DNA of 64,000 nt. Origin: Lytechinus pictus (lineage: Eukaryota). The notes under the pieces were generated by a model. That model made no database searches, was not told where the DNA came from, and saw only the letters and a program-made list of their open reading frames with translations. This document shows positions 25,013-39,007 of the stretch, in pieces (position 1 is the stretch's first letter; each line of letters opens with the position of its first letter). The stretch covers positions 8,496,001-8,560,000 of the forward strand of contig NC_087250.1 of NCBI RefSeq assembly GCF_037042905.1, in the 5' to 3' direction. A program made the translations under genes and the position numbers.

Positions 25013-25899
25013 CTGTCATAGAAAAACATGAAGAAATAAGATAAATTAGTACCCTTGAGTGTTCTGTTGCCATAATACCACAATAGAAGAAATAAAGTAT
25101 AGCACAAAACAAAATGCAAATTCATGAAATATTCATAACCATACTTTGTAATATGGGGTGAGCAAAAAAGGAACCTTCTGCAATGAGGGCAAATTTTTTT
25201 TTTTTTCACACAACATTACTATTTACTTTGTTTCATAAAACACCACCCTGAAATTGGGCCATTTATTTTAATCTGAGTAAATGTAGGAAATACGGGAACA
25301 TTGCGCCCTCATAACAGCCAAAAACATCCCTAAAATCTTCAAATAACGTGCTTTAGGGCAATCATATTTTGGACAGAACTTTGCACCAAGAATTGCTACA
25401 AACATTATTCAAAACGATAAGACGTAAGAGAATCAACAATACATCGATGCACTTATTGATGAAACGCCCGACCAATCACACAACGGATCAGTGCCCACCT
25501 ATTGTTCCCGCGTTCGTGCATACGGCCCTGGGGATTGGTATAAATAGACTACGTTATCAGATAATTTTCGTCACTTGATAAATAGTTGCCGCGGCACTCG
25601 AAAGCTCATGAACTTGTAAGCTAGTGAACACTTTTTGCGAGAGTGATCACGAATTTCCTAGCAAGCTAGTGAACACTTTTTGCGAGAGTGATCACAAATT
25701 TCCTTGTTGACCATAGTAGATTGCGAGACAAATGAATACCCTCTAGCGATTATTTCAGTCCGCAATAATGAACCTATTTAGTATTAGTAGAATCAATATT
25801 CTTTCAAATAAAGTGAAACTATAGTTTCACTTAATCTATAATCGCTTGTTGCCCAAAAAGGTAGGCCTTAAAACGCAAGATATCATATTCAGCACTCAC

Positions 25900-25926
25900 C
25901 CCAATGTCCCCAAATCCATAATTCAT
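25900..25926 (-). CDS. CNOT4: Putative alternative CNOT4 start exon (MNYGFGDIG); whole exon 25900-25942
   Basis: tttctgtttcag acceptor, ACAATG, 9 codons, GGG|gtgagt donor in phase 0 with the RING exon. Confidence 0.4.
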
Positions 25927-26682
25927 TGTTAGAAATAGAAATCTGAAACAGAAATACTCTGAAAATTTGTTTTGCCCAATTGATTATGGGGCCCGGCAGC
26001 CACTGTGCAGCGCCAGATCGACAAAGCTCTATCCCTTGTATCGTAGAACGCCAAACAGGGTAGCAGCAACTCCTGATAATTTTCCTGGTATCGCACCGCA
26101 ATTTGCTCCACATTTTTGAAAGACTGCTATGCATAAAGTCTTTTGCATAGCATATTTTTACATAGGACTGAATATTACTTATTTGGGAGCTTTTCTCTTA
26201 TGACCAAAAATGCTCTTCACATTTGTAATCACATTTGTATAAAAGCAAAATTATTCCCTGCCCATCTTTTGAAGTCTTTTGGTCTGACCCGGCCAGGGTT
26301 TGAACACTCCCAACCCCCCGGTTGTGAGACAGACGCTCTACCAATTGAGCCAAAACAAAAACATGCAAAAAGTAATCCCTAAAATATTATTTAAAAAAAA
26401 AACTCTTCCAGGAACTTTCTGTTAGCCAATATCCAATAAAGGAAGGAAAATAAAATAGAACAGACTGGATAATGGGAGAAGATTGCCTAAGATTTTGAGT
26501 GATTTTCAATTCTTGTGTTTTCATGGAATTTTTTGCTGTCTACGATACCCCTGCCAACATAAGTAGCACATCTAATTTTTCTGAAGTAGAGCAGCAATAG
26601 ACATTCTACTTTGATCAATGAACAGGCTTAGTCCTACAACAGCGTTGGAGTAAAATAAACTAACTAAATAAAAGAACATTAC

Positions 26683-26709
26683 CTCAGCTGGGTCATCGAA
26701 GGTCGACAT
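26683..26709 (-). CDS. CNOT4: CNOT4 coding exon 1 (start; MSTFDDPAE)
   Basis: ACAATG start context, 9 codons, GAG|gtaatg donor in phase 0 joining CPLC; DPAE-CPLC resembles the vertebrate CNOT4 N-terminus DPVE-CPLC. Confidence 0.8.
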
Positions 26710-27279
26710 TGTGATTTGACGGTAGGGGAAGAGAAACAGAAGCTCGGGTAATAGAAGACAGACAGTCAGTAGATAAGCTCACTGCAAACTGTTGAAATGT
26801 CAATATGGCTGCTTTACAGTCCCTGTAGAACACTGGAAATGAAATAATAACATTGGAGAAAAAATATGAGTTGAACACTTTTCATTAGAATGTTCAAGAG
26901 ATTTTGCACAATTTTTCACAAAATCTTGCTAAACTTTGACATTCAATGACTTCTTTATTTCTTACCAAAATCTGAAGAAATTTTCAGCATTTTGCTTGGT
27001 AAATTGATACAGGGAATACTTTTCTTGGTATCGCATCACAATTCGCTCCACATTTTTTTAAAGACTGCTATGCATATTAAAGCTCGTGGATAGTGTTGGT
27101 AAAGGATACAAAAATTCCAGTTGAATGGATCTTTCCTATTGAATAACGATTGCTGATGATGATTCAATGCGAAATTGACAGAATTTCTTCTTAGAAATAT
27201 TAAATTTTAAATAAACTCCGAGAAATAAAATCATTCTCCTCGGCTGAATTTCAAAGACAGTTCGCTGAATTTATGCGCA

Positions 27280-27870
27280 CTTATATAGCGCCCACTTTCG
27301 TCCACGACTGATTTTTCCCCCTGTTAGTTGATCACTAGCCGTTCCACTTTTAGCAAACCGAAATATCCCTGCGAGCGTAGTCTGCTAATTCCGTGTACCC
27401 GCTCGTCGATCATTGTTCTTAGTTTCAGCATGGCCTCCGTCGAGTTTCTCCCCCAGCGAGTTCGGCGAGGAGCACAGGAAACCGTTGAATTTTTGTTAGA
27501 TGGGTTAGATAATTATTTAAAAAAATGTGGACTAACTTACCCCTTATGCTGTCCCTCCAACCTGTAGTTCACATGTTACAGTAGTTTATTTTGACGTTCA
27601 TGAAAACGTATTAGAGATGAGTCTGTCAAAATTTTGGCTACAAATTTCCACGTGCGACAAGATTGGTTCATGGTTCTTGAAACTGCGAGATACATTATAC
27701 TGCATGCTGCATGCGATGCTATGCGATGGACATTGGTCACGCTCGCTCAGCTCGGCGCTTCGGCCTGACATTCTCTCACGCTTTATCCAACTCTATGCAT
27801 TCTGTTCATACACAGTTTTGCGTGTACGATGTGTTCATGTCTTTCACGTCATATTTCAGCGCATGCATTG
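27280..27870 (-). promoter_or_regulatory. Probable CNOT4 promoter and non-coding first exon region
   Basis: CpG-enriched relative to flanks, just upstream of the start exon; candidate GGG|gtaagt donor at 27540/27541. Confidence 0.4.
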
Positions 27871-28189
27871 GGGAAGGGAAATTAATTTGGAAGTGGGAAA
27901 AGGGAGAAAAGAAGAAAGGGAAAGGTAAAAAAAAGAGGATAACAAGTAAAGGAAAAGAAAGAACAAATGAGGCAAGGGAAACAGGAAATAAGAATGGAAC
28001 GAGCTAACATGATAGCAGAGGCAGATCAATTTCGCGGCCAATATCACGAATATTGGGGGGGGGGAATTTTTCACCCATTATTTTCCACGATCGACCGCTC
28101 TGAGTTGATTTTTGTTTGTTTCTTTCTTTGAAGGTGTAGACCTAACAGTCAGCTTTATTCTTATAAAACAACATAAATGCAGGGGCCGC

Positions 28190-30420
28190 AGAATGGTTTT
28201 CAAAGTGAGGGGGCTGAGTCAAATGTTTTTTTTTTTGGGGGGGGGGGGTGACCATGCAAAAAATCACAATCAAATGGTCATTTTTACTTTTTTGAACACG
28301 GTTATGGAAAAAAGCAGGGGCTGGAGCCCCCCCTCGCTTCCGCGACCCCTGAAATGTATAATCCTATACGTACTATTCAATATAGTGCGAGTGATGCGCG
28401 AGTTAAAATTTTTCGTAAATGTCATATTTTGTCCTGAAAATAAAACATCTAACTAATAACTATACTGCAAATACGAAGCACGAGCAGATTTTTTTTTCAT
28501 ATATATTCTGGCCTGATAAACAAGGGACCTGTTCTGATTGTAGTAGCCATGAAGACGATACATAGGCCTATATAATTATGATGGCCTATTTCAAGAATGG
28601 AATAATGCGAGCGCGAAGTGCGGGCTGAACATTTTTGACATTCCAACAAGAAAATTGACATTCTAAGCATTAATCCTAAACTGAATAGGTATATAACTAG
28701 ACAATACGAGCGATAAGCGCGATGGGGAAAATTAAGATTTAGAGCTAAAAACGGGACACTAGTTCATGTTTTGTAAGGCGTGAAGATGGGTAATTAGGCA
28801 TCTTCCTACGTAATGCGAGCGGGAAGTGCGAGCAGAATTCTAATCTGAAAACTATTTCAAACACTGAAAATGAAACTGACTGGATGTGGATCGCACTCAA
28901 TAAATGATTCAAGCGCGAAGCTCGAGCGGATATTTTTCGGAAATTATTCTGACCTAGGACGGGAACATTCTAAGGACATTTTGTCATATGAAAATAGAAA
29001 TTATCTACCTATTAAGTGTCCCCAAGCGCGAGATGAAAATTCTTTCAATTATAAAAAAAGACAATATAGTTATTAGCAATTCATGAAATGTTATTGTTAT
29101 TATCTTATTTATTACTCTAATAAGCCCAATAAGAGCGAGAAATTTGTTAATATCAATTTCTGAAAACTGGATATTCTAAGTATTTTTCTATTTATGAATA
29201 GAAGGCATTGGTTGATATATCTTTAACAATTAATGCGAGCGCAAATCACGAACCGATTTTTTTTTAATAAATTGTCATGAAAAGGGATTTTAAATAGTTT
29301 GTTATAGAGATAAATAACTAACCAATCGAAATGTGAGCGCGCAGCGCTAGCTGATAGGTTTTGACAATCAGAGCTGATATGTTTTGACAATCAGACCTGA
29401 ATAAGAATATTTTGAGAATTTATTGTAAATACGAAGACTAGAGATTGGGTACTTGACAAATAATGCGAGCGCGTAGCGCGAGCTGCATTGATACTCGATC
29501 AGACCATAAACGGACTACGGCTGCACATAAAAAAAAATCAATTTGTAAATCAAGCAACGTGATATTTTAAGCTCCATATCAGCCCATTGAGGATTATTTG
29601 TATCTCGATATCAAACATGCAAGTGCGAGCAAAAAATTCATATAGTGATATGAAAGATTCTTATTTTTTTTGTATTTTCCAAGTCTTCTTCTCACCTTAT
29701 TTTTTTCATTTGTCTTCCTCCTCTTTTCCTCCTTTTTTTTCTCCTCTCTTTTCCCTTTTTTATTTTCCCCACTCCTAGAGGGACCCGGGAACTTCGCCCT
29801 GGATCCGCGCTCGCATTATTCATGTTATTAATCTAGAAAGATCCCAAATTACTCATCCTTTTCATTATTTACAAAACATGAATGATGTGTCCCGTTTTAG
29901 TCTAAATCTCTTTTTTTTACTCTCGCGCTTCGCCCTCGCATCAATAGTTCAGTGATATACATATCCTGTTTACGTTTACAAAAAAGCTTAGAATTTCCCT
30001 TCTTTAGGTAAAAATGTACTTCTATTTGATTGTTGAAATATGCAACGCATTCATGGCTAACTGCAAGACGTCCTTGACAGGTGCATGGTTCCTTTTCGAT
30101 CAGATCAAAACGTATATTTAAAATTTCTGTTCACGCTTCGCAGTAATTATTTAGTTGCATATATACACGATTCGTTCAGGCTCACAAACATTGCCCAGAA
30201 TGTTAAAATTTCAAATACAAAATTAGCTCGCGCTTCGCGCTCGAACTATTTATATAAGGCTTATGAGATTATTAAATATTTATGTTGATTTATAGGAATA
30301 CAGCTAATGGACTACCCCTTCAAATAAACATACATAAATCAACTTCGAGCGGCCGATTGTGGAAAATGTGACTGAAAAATCCCCCCCCCCCATATCAGCG
30401 AAGCTGGATCCGCCCCTGTA
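28190..30420. repeat. Interspersed repeat region with recurring GCGAGCGCGAAGCGCGAGC motifs; similar arrays at ~32010-33430 and ~49130-49600
   Basis: More than ten degenerate motif copies, bounded by GC-rich GGATCCGCCCC-type ends. Confidence 0.5.
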
Positions 30421-33400
30421 CCCAACATATCATTTGTAAATATGCCTCTATAAAGGAGCTATATACAGTTCTTTACTTGTGTTTCTGCTCAGACTCATTA
30501 GAAAGGTGCAAACTGGAAACTTGAAACTGATCATGCATCCAGTGCCATTTGGCCAGGGTATACCAATCATGGTACAAGAGCGATTTATATAGTTTATGGC
30601 AATATCGAATTGGACTGTGTCAGGCAAGGTCGCCAATTATAGTAAAAAGATTCTTATAAAATTTTACGTTGTGAAGAAAGTTAAAAAATTGTCACTCGTT
30701 TCGTGTTAGATGTCAAGTAAGATTTTTTATTTATTGGAACGTGGAACAAAAGAAAATGTATCATTTTGGATTTTGAAATAAAAATTGGTGGAAACAGCAA
30801 AACAGACGGGCCCATATTTTATAATGGCAATTTTCGTACATTTAGCTCTATTGTGCAAGACTCTCTTACACTGGGGAAATGAAACAGAATATATGATAAA
30901 TGACCATGCATGAATGAATGAATAAATGCATACAATTATTAAAGTAAATAAATAAAAATGTATGTCTATGAGCAATTTTCAAAATATACCTTGGTCGCCC
31001 CCAGCCCTGATCCGCCAATTTACATGTGGAAAGAAAAATTTGGGAAAACTGGCGTATATGCAGTATTCTCGACCGCTGGTCTTTCTCACATTCATAAAAT
31101 ATTTTGGGAATAAGTTTTGACTTTATAAAATTATGAAGTCAGAGATCTTTTCATTACAAGAGATTCGTACTTTGTTTCGTTGACAAACAAAAATTACACG
31201 TTTTATACAGCCGAAGGCCAAATACTTGCTCGTGCAGTATTATTTTGTCCACCCTATGCGATTGGTGAGGTTGGGGGGGGGGGTAGGCCTATTGGGGAAG
31301 GGATAGGCCATGCAGATGAACAAATAGGCATTTTCACAAGAAAGTGTGTGTGAAGAAATAATATTACTTCAATGCACTATGAATTATGATGCAATTAATT
31401 TAGGCCGATATCGCAACATGTTTGTTTTGGGTTTTTTTGCTTTTCTCTCACTCATAACAATCCGAGTGACAATATATATCCGGTTATTCATGAGGGACGT
31501 GTATCGTTTGGTTGTCAAGTTAGAAACAAAGAATTGCAATAATAAAGTTTGTCAGACTAGACAAATTCCCAACGACTCGTTCCCATGCAGCTCGATCCCC
31601 ACCCAACCCCCCTCCCCTACGTTCTTTCTTTCTCTATATAATTTCTTTCTTTCATTGCATTTTTTCCCCTTCCCGTTCTTTCACCTCCTTTTTCTGATAA
31701 TGACTTGAAAATCGATCAGCGCTTGGCTTGTAAATCATTGTCCCTGCCATTTTTTTTTGCATCTCTCCCACAGTTCAATGTTTAATTAAAGGTCAAGTCC
31801 ACCCCAGAAAAAAAAATGTTGATTTGAATCAATAGAAAAAAATCCAACAAGCATAATTTTGAAAAATTCATCAAAATTGGATGTAAAAATGATTAAATCA
31901 GTATGGCATTTCCAAATTTCACATAGCCTATATTTTTTACAAAATAGTTATATGCACAACTCAGTATTATGCAAATGAGAGTTGATGATGTCCCTCGATC
32001 ACTACCAACCGCGTAGCCAGGATTTCATTTTGGAGGGGGCGGTAAATGCACGCGAAGCGTGCCAACACTTACAGAGCGCGCGAAGCGCGCTCCCTAGGGG
32101 GTGGGTGCAGGGAGGGGGAGTTTCCCCCTCCCTTGCGAAGCTTTTGGTGTTTCATAAATTAAAATGAAAAGGAGCCGTCTCTCTTGTCTTTAGTACCTAT
32201 ATATCGGCTCCAATTCAGTTGACTATATTGTGATTTTGAACATTGTTTTCAAAAAAGATTGTGAACGCACAAAAAAGGAATACAATGGAGGAAATTAAAA
32301 TGATAATAACCCCGCGCGAAGCGCGGAAACTAAAGCGTTTTATCAATTTTTTGCCATGAAAAGGGTCCCGAGAAAACGGTATTCTCAAACACATATTGGA
32401 TACTTCCCTTGGAAAGATCAGATTTGATTACAAACAATTTAGCGACAGTGCATATCTTTAACTCGCAAAACAGAGGAGAAGAAGTGTATATGCCGGGAGG
32501 AAGATATTCCTCCCCGCGCAGAACAACGAAACTCTGAAATTTCAAAGGGCAGACGTTTCATCAAATGCAGATATCTCCAATACCCGATCGGCTCTAATTC
32601 AATTAATTTTCTAAGATTATTGAACTTCATTACAAGGAAAATAGTGCGCAAAAAGTTGAAACTTCTGTGATTTATTGAAATTATATAAAAAGGATACCTA
32701 ATTTCTTTGACTTATCCTGAAGCGCTTCATTTTGAATTATAAAGAAACTTTGGTGTCATTCAAAATTTCAAACTGAGGGCGCAAAACAGGACAGGAGATG
32801 AATGTGCAGGGAAATGACATGAAGTTTAATAGAATTTGATAAAAAATATTGTACTTTTTTATTTAATAAGATACGAATTTTATACCTTCCTCTTTTTAAA
32901 TTAGGAACCTGTTTGCCCCAAAAATTATGGTTGTTTAGTAATGAGCTGAAAAGCGGGAGAAGTTGACTTTATGGAGGTGACGGCAGAAATTGATATAAAG
33001 ATTTCACCCAACCGGAGCCGACCCGACCAGAAGTTGCGCGATCAATTTAAAAAAAAATAACTTCATATACTTCGGCCTAACCATGCCCTAATGTATACAT
33101 TTGAACTTTACCCGGCAAGAAACACATATATAGCTGAGGTGGAAAAACAGGGTTAGAGAAAGGGTGGGGGGAACAATGGAGATCTTCAATATTGTCATTT
33201 AACCGCGCGCAGCGCGGAAGCAAAATTCATATATAAATCTAGAGCAAGAGTGAAGGAGTTTCTCTTTTGAGAAAAAAAAAAGAATAAAAAGAAAAAAAAA
33301 CCTCAAAGCTACCTTTCTTCCCTTTCCTCCCTTCCCTTTTCCTTTTCTCCTCTATTTTTCTCTTTTTTTCTTTTTGGGGACGTTTTTTTTTTTTTTTGGG

Positions 33401-35211
33401 GGGGGGGCGACCGCCCCCACCGCCCCCCTGGCTTGTTTGAATTATATTTCAATTAGAGATTTGAAAATAAGGACCAACTTGACTGAACCATAGATATAAT
33501 CCTCAGCGGTTATTCCACATATTCAGGAAAAAAATAAAATTATGGGGAAATATATAAAATGATATCGAGGCCCTATATCGACGTTACACCCGACCCACAT
33601 TATTATTTTTATTGTTCTTTTGGTAGGCCTATTTAGTTAGTGAGATAGTGGTTATTACCATGTGAAATGGCCATATTATGGAAAGATATACGATCAAACT
33701 GAATAACATTATTTACAGAACTTTATCCAATAAATTACTTATTCCATAGGATAGCCAGTTTTCTGAAACTCGGCATGCTGAGCTGTATACTAGGCCCATG
33801 GTTTCGATTGAATCAAATTATCTCGGGACACGCAGGATCTCTCCATGTACATGACCAGTGAACTGAACTCTTCATGACCTTTAGGAGGCCCGGTATACAA
33901 GATCATTGCATGCAATGTATCTGTTGACCTTATTACGTAACGTCTCCACACGCACTATTCAACACAAACACACACACTCATACCGTACACCCACGCACAA
34001 GTGAATGAAATTCCCGGCCAGTCCTACTGCATACACAGAACATACATCCAACGTGCACACTGTACTAGTCTACGAATTCAGACACAATTAACCCAAAGAC
34101 TGTTTATATATCATTTTAGTGAGAATTAAATCAATGCATTTCCAAAACATAAACATGATGCACAATCTTGGAATTTTCTTTGAATGTAAGGGTTCTTTCT
34201 GTTGGTTTCATTTTCCTTTCTTTTCTTTTGAATCATTAGAATCGTAAAATAAAACTTTTTGTCAATCTGAAACAACATGAGCTGAGGCTAATACGCGGGA
34301 AGTCGGAGAAGAACCAAAAAAAGAAGTTTTTCCAATTCTAATTCTGTGCTGTACGTTATATTCATTCTGATTTATAAATTGTTCCAGTGTTATATTAGCA
34401 ATCAGAGAGCAGATACTTATTTGCAACAGCTAATATCGTGGTTGCATTTTTTTAATGGGGAAGATGGGACGGTCGAGGTTTGTTATATGCAAGCGGCCCC
34501 CAGCCAAGGGCAAGTTCAAACTTCAAGGAAGGTAGGAATGAGGTACGTACTCCTAATATCGATCAAGGCTGTTTAGATCTATTTAAAGTCTGCTCTGCCG
34601 TTCGTTGTAATGTGATGCAATCATGCAAGGAAAGTCTGGAAACGGCAATGTATCTACGACTATGAGCTTTGTAAAACCATAGAGCTGTAATAGCTCTATG
34701 GTAAAACTGATTGACAACGCAATTGTGTAGCGAGGACTACATTATCGTTCTCGCGTAGCACACGCACGGCAGAGGTGGTGGTGCGCACTTTGAGTGTCTG
34801 CATGCAGCTACGTTTCAAAAAGCTGGGTATCCCGGCAAGGTAAAATCCACACATGTAAGAGCATAATTTATCATGAAAAACACCTTTTCATTTCATATCA
34901 TCCACATCATGACTGTTTTAGGACATACACATTCATATAATATACAAATTAATTAGAATGGTGACATGCCGATTTTGAGGAATTACCAAAACTATCCACC
35001 CTCTTTAAAAGTCTTTTCTATAGCATAGTTTTACATAAGAAAAATTTCAAATTTGTAAAGCAAAATTATTCCCTGCTCTATTTTATTTAGAAACATTTAA
35101 AATGATTTTCAGCCCCGAGTACTGGTACGCATTTATCTCCAAGCTCTGAATATTAGAGTAACAATCCAAATAGTGCTCTCATCAAGAAGTCTCTGTCCAA
35201 ACTGCAATTTA

Positions 35212-38200
35212 TAGTATCCCTAAATTAGACCACAAAAGAGCCAATCTGGAATAAAATTATTGGAAATGGTTTTTTGACTGATTTGAGTAGGTATGGGTGT
35301 CAACATTTACCAAAAAAAAGTTAGGAGGAATACGGGTTGGGGAAAGTGCTTTTTTTCAAGGTCAAAGGTCAATGACCTTTTTGTATATACTGTATAATGG
35401 TATATCTGAGATGGAAAGGCGCAGGTTGGTGATAATGGTGTCAAAATGCACAAATTCTTACCAGAATATCAAATAGAATAGAATTAATTACCTAGAATGC
35501 ACATTTACCTATAAAATTCAAGGTCAAAGCCTTTCAAAAGGTCAATCACCTTTTTACATTATATACCATACCGTATAATGGTATCTCTGCGATGATAAGG
35601 TACATGATGGTGATCATGGTTTAAAAATGTACAGATTCTTACAAGAAGATCAAATAAAATAAACTTAAGTACCTAGAATGCACATTCACCAATAAAATTC
35701 AAGGTCAAAGCTTTTCAAAGGTCAATGACCTATTTACATTATATACCATACTGTATAATGGTATCTCTGAGCTGAAAAAGCACAGGTTGGTGATCATGGT
35801 GTCAAAATGCACAGATTCTTACCAGAAGATCAAATAGAATAAAATTAAGTACCTAGAATTCACATTCACGCGTAAAATCTAAGGCCAAAAGTCAATGTCC
35901 TTTTATACTACATGTATATATACCATATTATATAATTGTATCTCTAAGATAAAACGGCGCAGGTTGGTGTTCTTGGTGTCAAAACACGCATATTCTTACA
36001 GGAAGATAAAATAAAATTAAGCATCGAGAATGCACATTCACCCATATAATTCAAGGACAAAGGTCAATGTCCTTTTTAACATTAGATAATAATAATGGTA
36101 TCTCTGAGATAAAACACCGCAGGTTGGTGATCTTGGTGCCAAAATGCAAAGACTTGTACAAGACAATTAAACAACACTAAAATAAGTATAAAGAATAAAC
36201 TTTCACCCTTGAAATCCTAGATCAGAGGAAATATATAATCTATATGACATAAAAATAACCAAAAAAAAACATGAAAACATGGAGGTTTCATAATTTCGGT
36301 CTGAAATAATGAAGGCCATGGAGAATGTACATTGTATTTAGGGGTCAGATGTCAATGAGCCCTTTCCAAAATATCAGTGGAAATTAAGTAAAAAATGTTG
36401 ATAACCAAATAACACTTTTTCATGTACTGCGATGCATTGCCAAAAGCACTGAAAAAATAAATAAAATCAAGTATATAATTTGAAATGATTTTTATTTTAA
36501 GTAGCAGCATTTAATGCATCATTATATCTAAATCAAGGTTGTCATGTCTTTTCTCTGCAGCGATAGGCCACTCACCTCAATGCTACAATAAATACTATAA
36601 ACTATTAGCTTAATCTTTTGAAAATGGATAGGATAGGCCTAACTCTCATGTCACAGCTAGCATCATCTGAGAGCATTTCCAAACAGCAGAGGGATGATGA
36701 TGATGATGAAATGAAGGCCATCATTAGAGCTGCAGCTTCTGTCATACATGTACATGTAGTAAATTACATATATATCAACTTCAACAAAGGTGAATTCCCG
36801 TATTATTATTAATTACCTTTCATCAGTTCGTTGCGAACTGCCAGAATCTCTTGTGATGCTAATGCTGCAGGAGAAAACTTCATATCTGCTCTCTGCCGTA
36901 CGTCACCCATGATGCTATTTCTACTAGGTATCAGTTTGTACAAGGATCATGTTTTTGGTCCAGAACAACTGATTGCTATCATGCACAAATTAGGCATATA
37001 ACAATGAAATTCACAAGGAGATAATAGCTTACAAGTACACATCCATCGACCTAACAAAAGTCCTACAGCACCACTTCCAGTTCTTGAGAATCAAGCTGTG
37101 CAACATATCAGTCATAATATAGATCCTGGTCTGATATCCCTTGACAGAACGTAAGGCTTTCATTGAATGGGCCAGATAAAAGTCTTGAAAATGTCAGAAG
37201 GTTTTCAAGAGTCCAATTACTCTTTGCTGATTGAAGTTGAGACACTTAACTTCATCTATGACAAATTAGCTGCAGCTCTAATGATTGCCTTATCTTAATT
37301 CTTCGTCATTGTCCCTGGCTATATGAAAATGTTACCGGATGATGCTTGCCCTATAAAGAGTTAGGCCTATCCTTTCCATTTACAGATTAAGTTATAGTTT
37401 TATAGTATTGATTGTAGCATTTGAGGTTAGTGACATATTGCTACAGAGAAATTAGTACCTTGATTTAGATTTATAAAATGCATATCTAAATGCTACTACT
37501 TTAGGTAACTTCACCATTGTCACCGCCATTTAAAATTGTATCACACATTATTTTTTTTTACACTTTTGTCAATCCATTACAGTATATTATAAGAAAAAGT
37601 GCTATTTTATCCAATTTTACCTCGAACTTGTATTTTGACATCATAATTGGTCAAGGATTCAACTATTAAATTTGTGTTCTTTTTCCACGCAGGTCAGTCT
37701 TTTTTCCATCAGAATCACTATACCTACATGCCACAATCACGTTATATCGACCTATTTACTTAAATTCCCTGACGTTATTGACATAGTTGATTGACCTTTA
37801 ACTCCTAAATATATTTTCCATGGCCATTTTTTATCCTTATTTCAGAATGAAATTATTTAATAGACTTCCATGTTTTCATTACAAATAGTTATCTTTCTTT
37901 CTATTATTTACAAATAAAATGTGAATATAATGGATTAATTTCTTTTTTGGGGGGGAATCATGCATGGATATATAAATATTTATCAACTTTTGACCTTTGA
38001 CTTTGGATATTGGATTATTCTGTATGATTATTTTGAGTCTTTTTTATCTTCTTGCAAAAATTGCTTTTTGACATCAAAATCACCAACATGCAGCGTTTTA
38101 TCTCAGAGATACCTTTATATGATATATAGCATATGTAAAAAGGTTATTGACCTTTGACCTTGAACTTTATGGATTAATATGCATTCTAAGTGATTAACTT

Positions 38201-39007
38201 TATCTTATTTGACCTTCCTGTAAGAATCTTGGCATTTTGATACAACGATCACCAACCTGTGCTGTTTCATCTCAGAGATACTATTATACAGTACGATACA
38301 TTATGTAAAAAAGGTCATTGACCTTTGAAAGGCTTTGACCTTGAATTTATTGTTTAATGTGCATTCTGGGTACTTAATTCTATTTTATTTGATCTTCCTG
38401 TAAGAACCTCTGCATTTTGACACCAAGATCACCAACCTGCACCTTTTCATCTCAGAGATACCATTATACCGTATATGGTATACAATGTAAAAAAAAGGTC
38501 ATTGAGCTTTGAAAGGCTTTGACCTTGAATTTCATTGGTGAATGAGCATTGTAGGTACTTAATTTGATTACATTTGATCTTTCTGTAAGAACCTCTGCAT
38601 TTTGACACCAAGATCACCAACCTGCACCTTTTCATCTCAGAGATACCAGGATACCGTATATGGTATATAATGTAAAAAAGGTCATTGAACTTTGAAAGGC
38701 TTTGACCTTGAATTTCATTGGTGAATGAGCATTGTAGGTACTTGATTTTATTTTATTTGATCTTCTTGTAAGAATCTATGCATTTTGACACCATGATCAC
38801 CAACCTGTAATATTTTATCTGGGAGATACCATGATACAGTATATTTAAAAAGGTCATTGACCTTTGACCTTGAAAAAAAGCACTTTCCCCAACCCGTATT
38901 CCTCCTAACTTTTTTTTGGTAAATGTTGACACCCATACCTACTCAAATCAGTCAAAAAACCATTTCCAATAATTTTATTCCAGTTGGTTACTAATTACGG
39001 GATACTA
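35212..39007 (+). mobile_element. Decayed Academ-type DNA transposon with long subterminal inverted tandem arrays
   Basis: TAGTATCCC...GGGATACTA termini, 3-bp TSD TTA, ~175-bp units in inverted arrays, internal transposase remnant. Confidence 0.78.
36846..37190 (+). pseudogene. Academ transposase remnant
   Basis: LLGISLYKDHVFGPEQLIAIMHKLGI* and HNIDPGLISLDRT*GFH*MGQI resemble recalled Academ motifs (FGS..LI..L..LG; DN.D....T.DG...FH). Confidence 0.55.
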
